A stretch of DNA of 64,000 nt from a virus: IMG/VR virus record IMGVR_UViG_3300037502_002145, positions 51,872 through 115,871 of that record, one strand, 5' to 3'. Below the pieces are notes generated by a model. That model searched no databases. It saw nothing but the letters and a program-made list of their open reading frames with translations, and was not told the origin of the DNA. The position numbers and the translations under genes are program-made. Within the stretch, counting starts at the first letter, position 1; the number at the start of each line of letters is the position of its first letter. Below are positions 62,434-64,000 of this stretch, piece after piece.

Positions 62434-63159
62434 ATGAAAGTTTATTTAAATAGTATTACAGGTATTGATGATGCAATAATTTCAATGTATATGAGCAAAA
62501 GAAGTTGGACACGAGAAAAGGAGGTTGACATTAGAAAACTTGTTGAAACATGTACATATAGAAACGGCAGAACAAAACAAGGCTTAGAAGATGAAGTTGT
62601 AAATAGGTTTGATTCTGAATTATTAAAGATTTTTAAATGGGGTAAAAAACATATTACTTTATTAAGATATATGGATATCTCTGTGACTGTTCAAGGTTTA
62701 CATAGAGGAGCTACAGATGATTTTGATTCACATGCAAAAAGACTAGATAATAGAATTGTGCGAAGTAGTACTCGATTAGCAACTTATACAACTGAAGAAA
62801 TTTCAGAATGGTATGAAGACAAAATAATTCCTACAGATATAGCGTTAGCTTATTTGGGAATCAATACTCCAGAAGAGATTGTATATAACAATAATATATA
62901 TGTTAAATCGCCAAATGGATACATATTAAAGGGCATGGAAAATCTCCACGATGTTAGACGAGGGTTATATATGTTGTCTTTACCAATGGATTTTATATTT
63001 AAGGTTAATGTAACAGAATTTGCTCATATAGTAAAAGAGAGAGACAAGAATAGCTCAGCAGCTCCAGAATTGAAATTGATGATTGAATCATTAATAACAC
63101 AATTAGAAGAATGGTATCCAATGTTAAATAGAAAATTGTTCTATGATATTAAGAATTAG
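62434..63159 (+). CDS. divergent ThyX-like (FAD-dependent thymidylate synthase fold) protein
   Basis: H..LLRY, SSTR, R..L, N..EF.H...R, APE; nucleotide-metabolism context; canonical RHR absent. Confidence 0.5.
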   Translation: MKVYLNSITGIDDAIISMYMSKRSWTREKEVDIRKLVETCTYRNGRTKQGLEDEVVNRFDSELLKIFKWGKKHITLLRYMDISVTVQGLHRGATDDFDSHAKRLDNRIVRSSTRLATYTTEEISEWYEDKIIPTDIALAYLGINTPEEIVYNNNIYVKSPNGYILKGMENLHDVRRGLYMLSLPMDFIFKVNVTEFAHIVKERDKNSSAAPELKLMIESLITQLEEWYPMLNRKLFYDIKN

Positions 63160-63172
63160 GAGGTGATAAATA

Positions 63173-63727
63173 ATGATTGCTCTATTAGGTTATAGTGCAA
63201 GTGGTAAATCTACTATTGAAAGAGAATTGGTTAAACAATACAAAATGAATAAGATTGTATCTTATACTACCCGCCCACCGAGGCTAGGAGAATTTGACGG
63301 AGAAGACTATCATTTTATTTCAGAACAAGAATTCTTAAAAAGAAAATCTGTCGGATATTTTGCAGAAACAACTAGCTATAATACAGTATATGGCATATGG
63401 CATTACGGAACGGCATTAAAAGATATAACGGATGATAAGGTATGCGTAATTAATCCTGAAGGACTTAGGCAACTAAAACAACATAATCTAAATATTACAA
63501 GCTTCTATATTGATATAGATGAAGTTACCATAATCGACAGATTAAAGAAACGTGGTGACAATGAAGAAGAATATATGAGTAGATTAGAAAGAGATAGATT
63601 GGATTTTGCCAATATACATAATGAGGTTGATTTTGTTATAGGTAACAATAAGAACCAATTAACACCACTAGAAATGACTTCTATCGTTTATCTTTTGAGT
63701 AAGGCAAAGGTGGTGTCTAATGAGTAG
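63173..63727 (+). CDS. gmk: guanylate kinase
   Basis: GYSASGKST, SYTTRPPR.GE.DG.DYHF, YGT. Confidence 0.9.
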   Translation: MIALLGYSASGKSTIERELVKQYKMNKIVSYTTRPPRLGEFDGEDYHFISEQEFLKRKSVGYFAETTSYNTVYGIWHYGTALKDITDDKVCVINPEGLRQLKQHNLNITSFYIDIDEVTIIDRLKKRGDNEEEYMSRLERDRLDFANIHNEVDFVIGNNKNQLTPLEMTSIVYLLSKAKVVSNE

Positions 63728-63873
63728 TCAAGATCAATTATTAATCACCCTAGATAAGAATTACCACTTTATCAGAGAGCAGATTGTACATGGCGAGTTT
63801 AAGAATGCGGTGGAAGGATGTAAGTTGTTGGCAAATTATATGAGCGTTAAGGTGAAAGAGTTGGGAGAGGAGA

Positions 63874-64000
63874 ATGAGGAAAATAAATAAATTATATATT
63901 GATTTCGATGGAACAATGGTGAACACGATCAAGAAAGTGGTTGAATTATACCATGCAGACTACAGTAGTCATCCTGATTATATAAAACATCACTGGACGG
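63874..64000 (+). CDS. HAD-family 5'(3')-deoxyribonucleotidase-like protein (partial)
   Basis: LYIDFDGTMVNT motif I; runs off the end of the window. Confidence 0.65.
   Translation, partial: MRKINKLYIDFDGTMVNTIKKVVELYHADYSSHPDYIKHHWT

Noticed and set aside
8950-63932. Numerous 60-150 aa minus-strand ORFs in the track
   Set aside because: Antisense shadows of well-supported plus-strand genes; no RBS or motifs

Overview
AT-rich segment of a large temperate phage (or phage-plasmid) of a spore-forming Clostridia-type host. Its organisation recalls SPbeta/c-st-like phages; no virion structural genes are in this window. From left to right: a minus-strand SF2 helicase-like gene; a ParM / ParR-like / FtsK-SpoIIIE / Replic_Relax / NERD module; a ~2 kb non-coding region with a sharp G/C skew flip, seven DnaA boxes and NrdR-type boxes; an early region of small ORFs with a DUF4942-type methyltransferase; an intact tyrosine recombinase; a MazF-like / YopQ-like / MrpR(YopR)-like regulatory block; a compact Cas12f1 locus (putative tracrRNA, leader, 4 repeats and 3 spacers, cas12f, no cas1/2); two orphan TnpB genes; a replication cluster (Sak, SSB, DnaB, DnaG, DnaE, ERCC4); and DNA-modification and nucleotide-metabolism genes (Dam-like, PAPS-reductase-like, Dcm, NrdH/D/G, dUTPase, ThyX-like, Gmk). 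The most striking unexplained structure is an 18-bp inverted repeat, ATAAAA-N6-TTTTAT with a variable core. It occurs at about 35 gene boundaries in the accessory regions, often contains the upstream stop codon, and cuts these regions into one-gene units like an integron-style cassette array. A second, asymmetric motif (AAGGAnAwTAATATAAAAC; 29 exact 10-mer cores) almost always points in the direction of transcription and looks like a master-repressor operator. All family assignments come from motif recognition by eye, not database searches.
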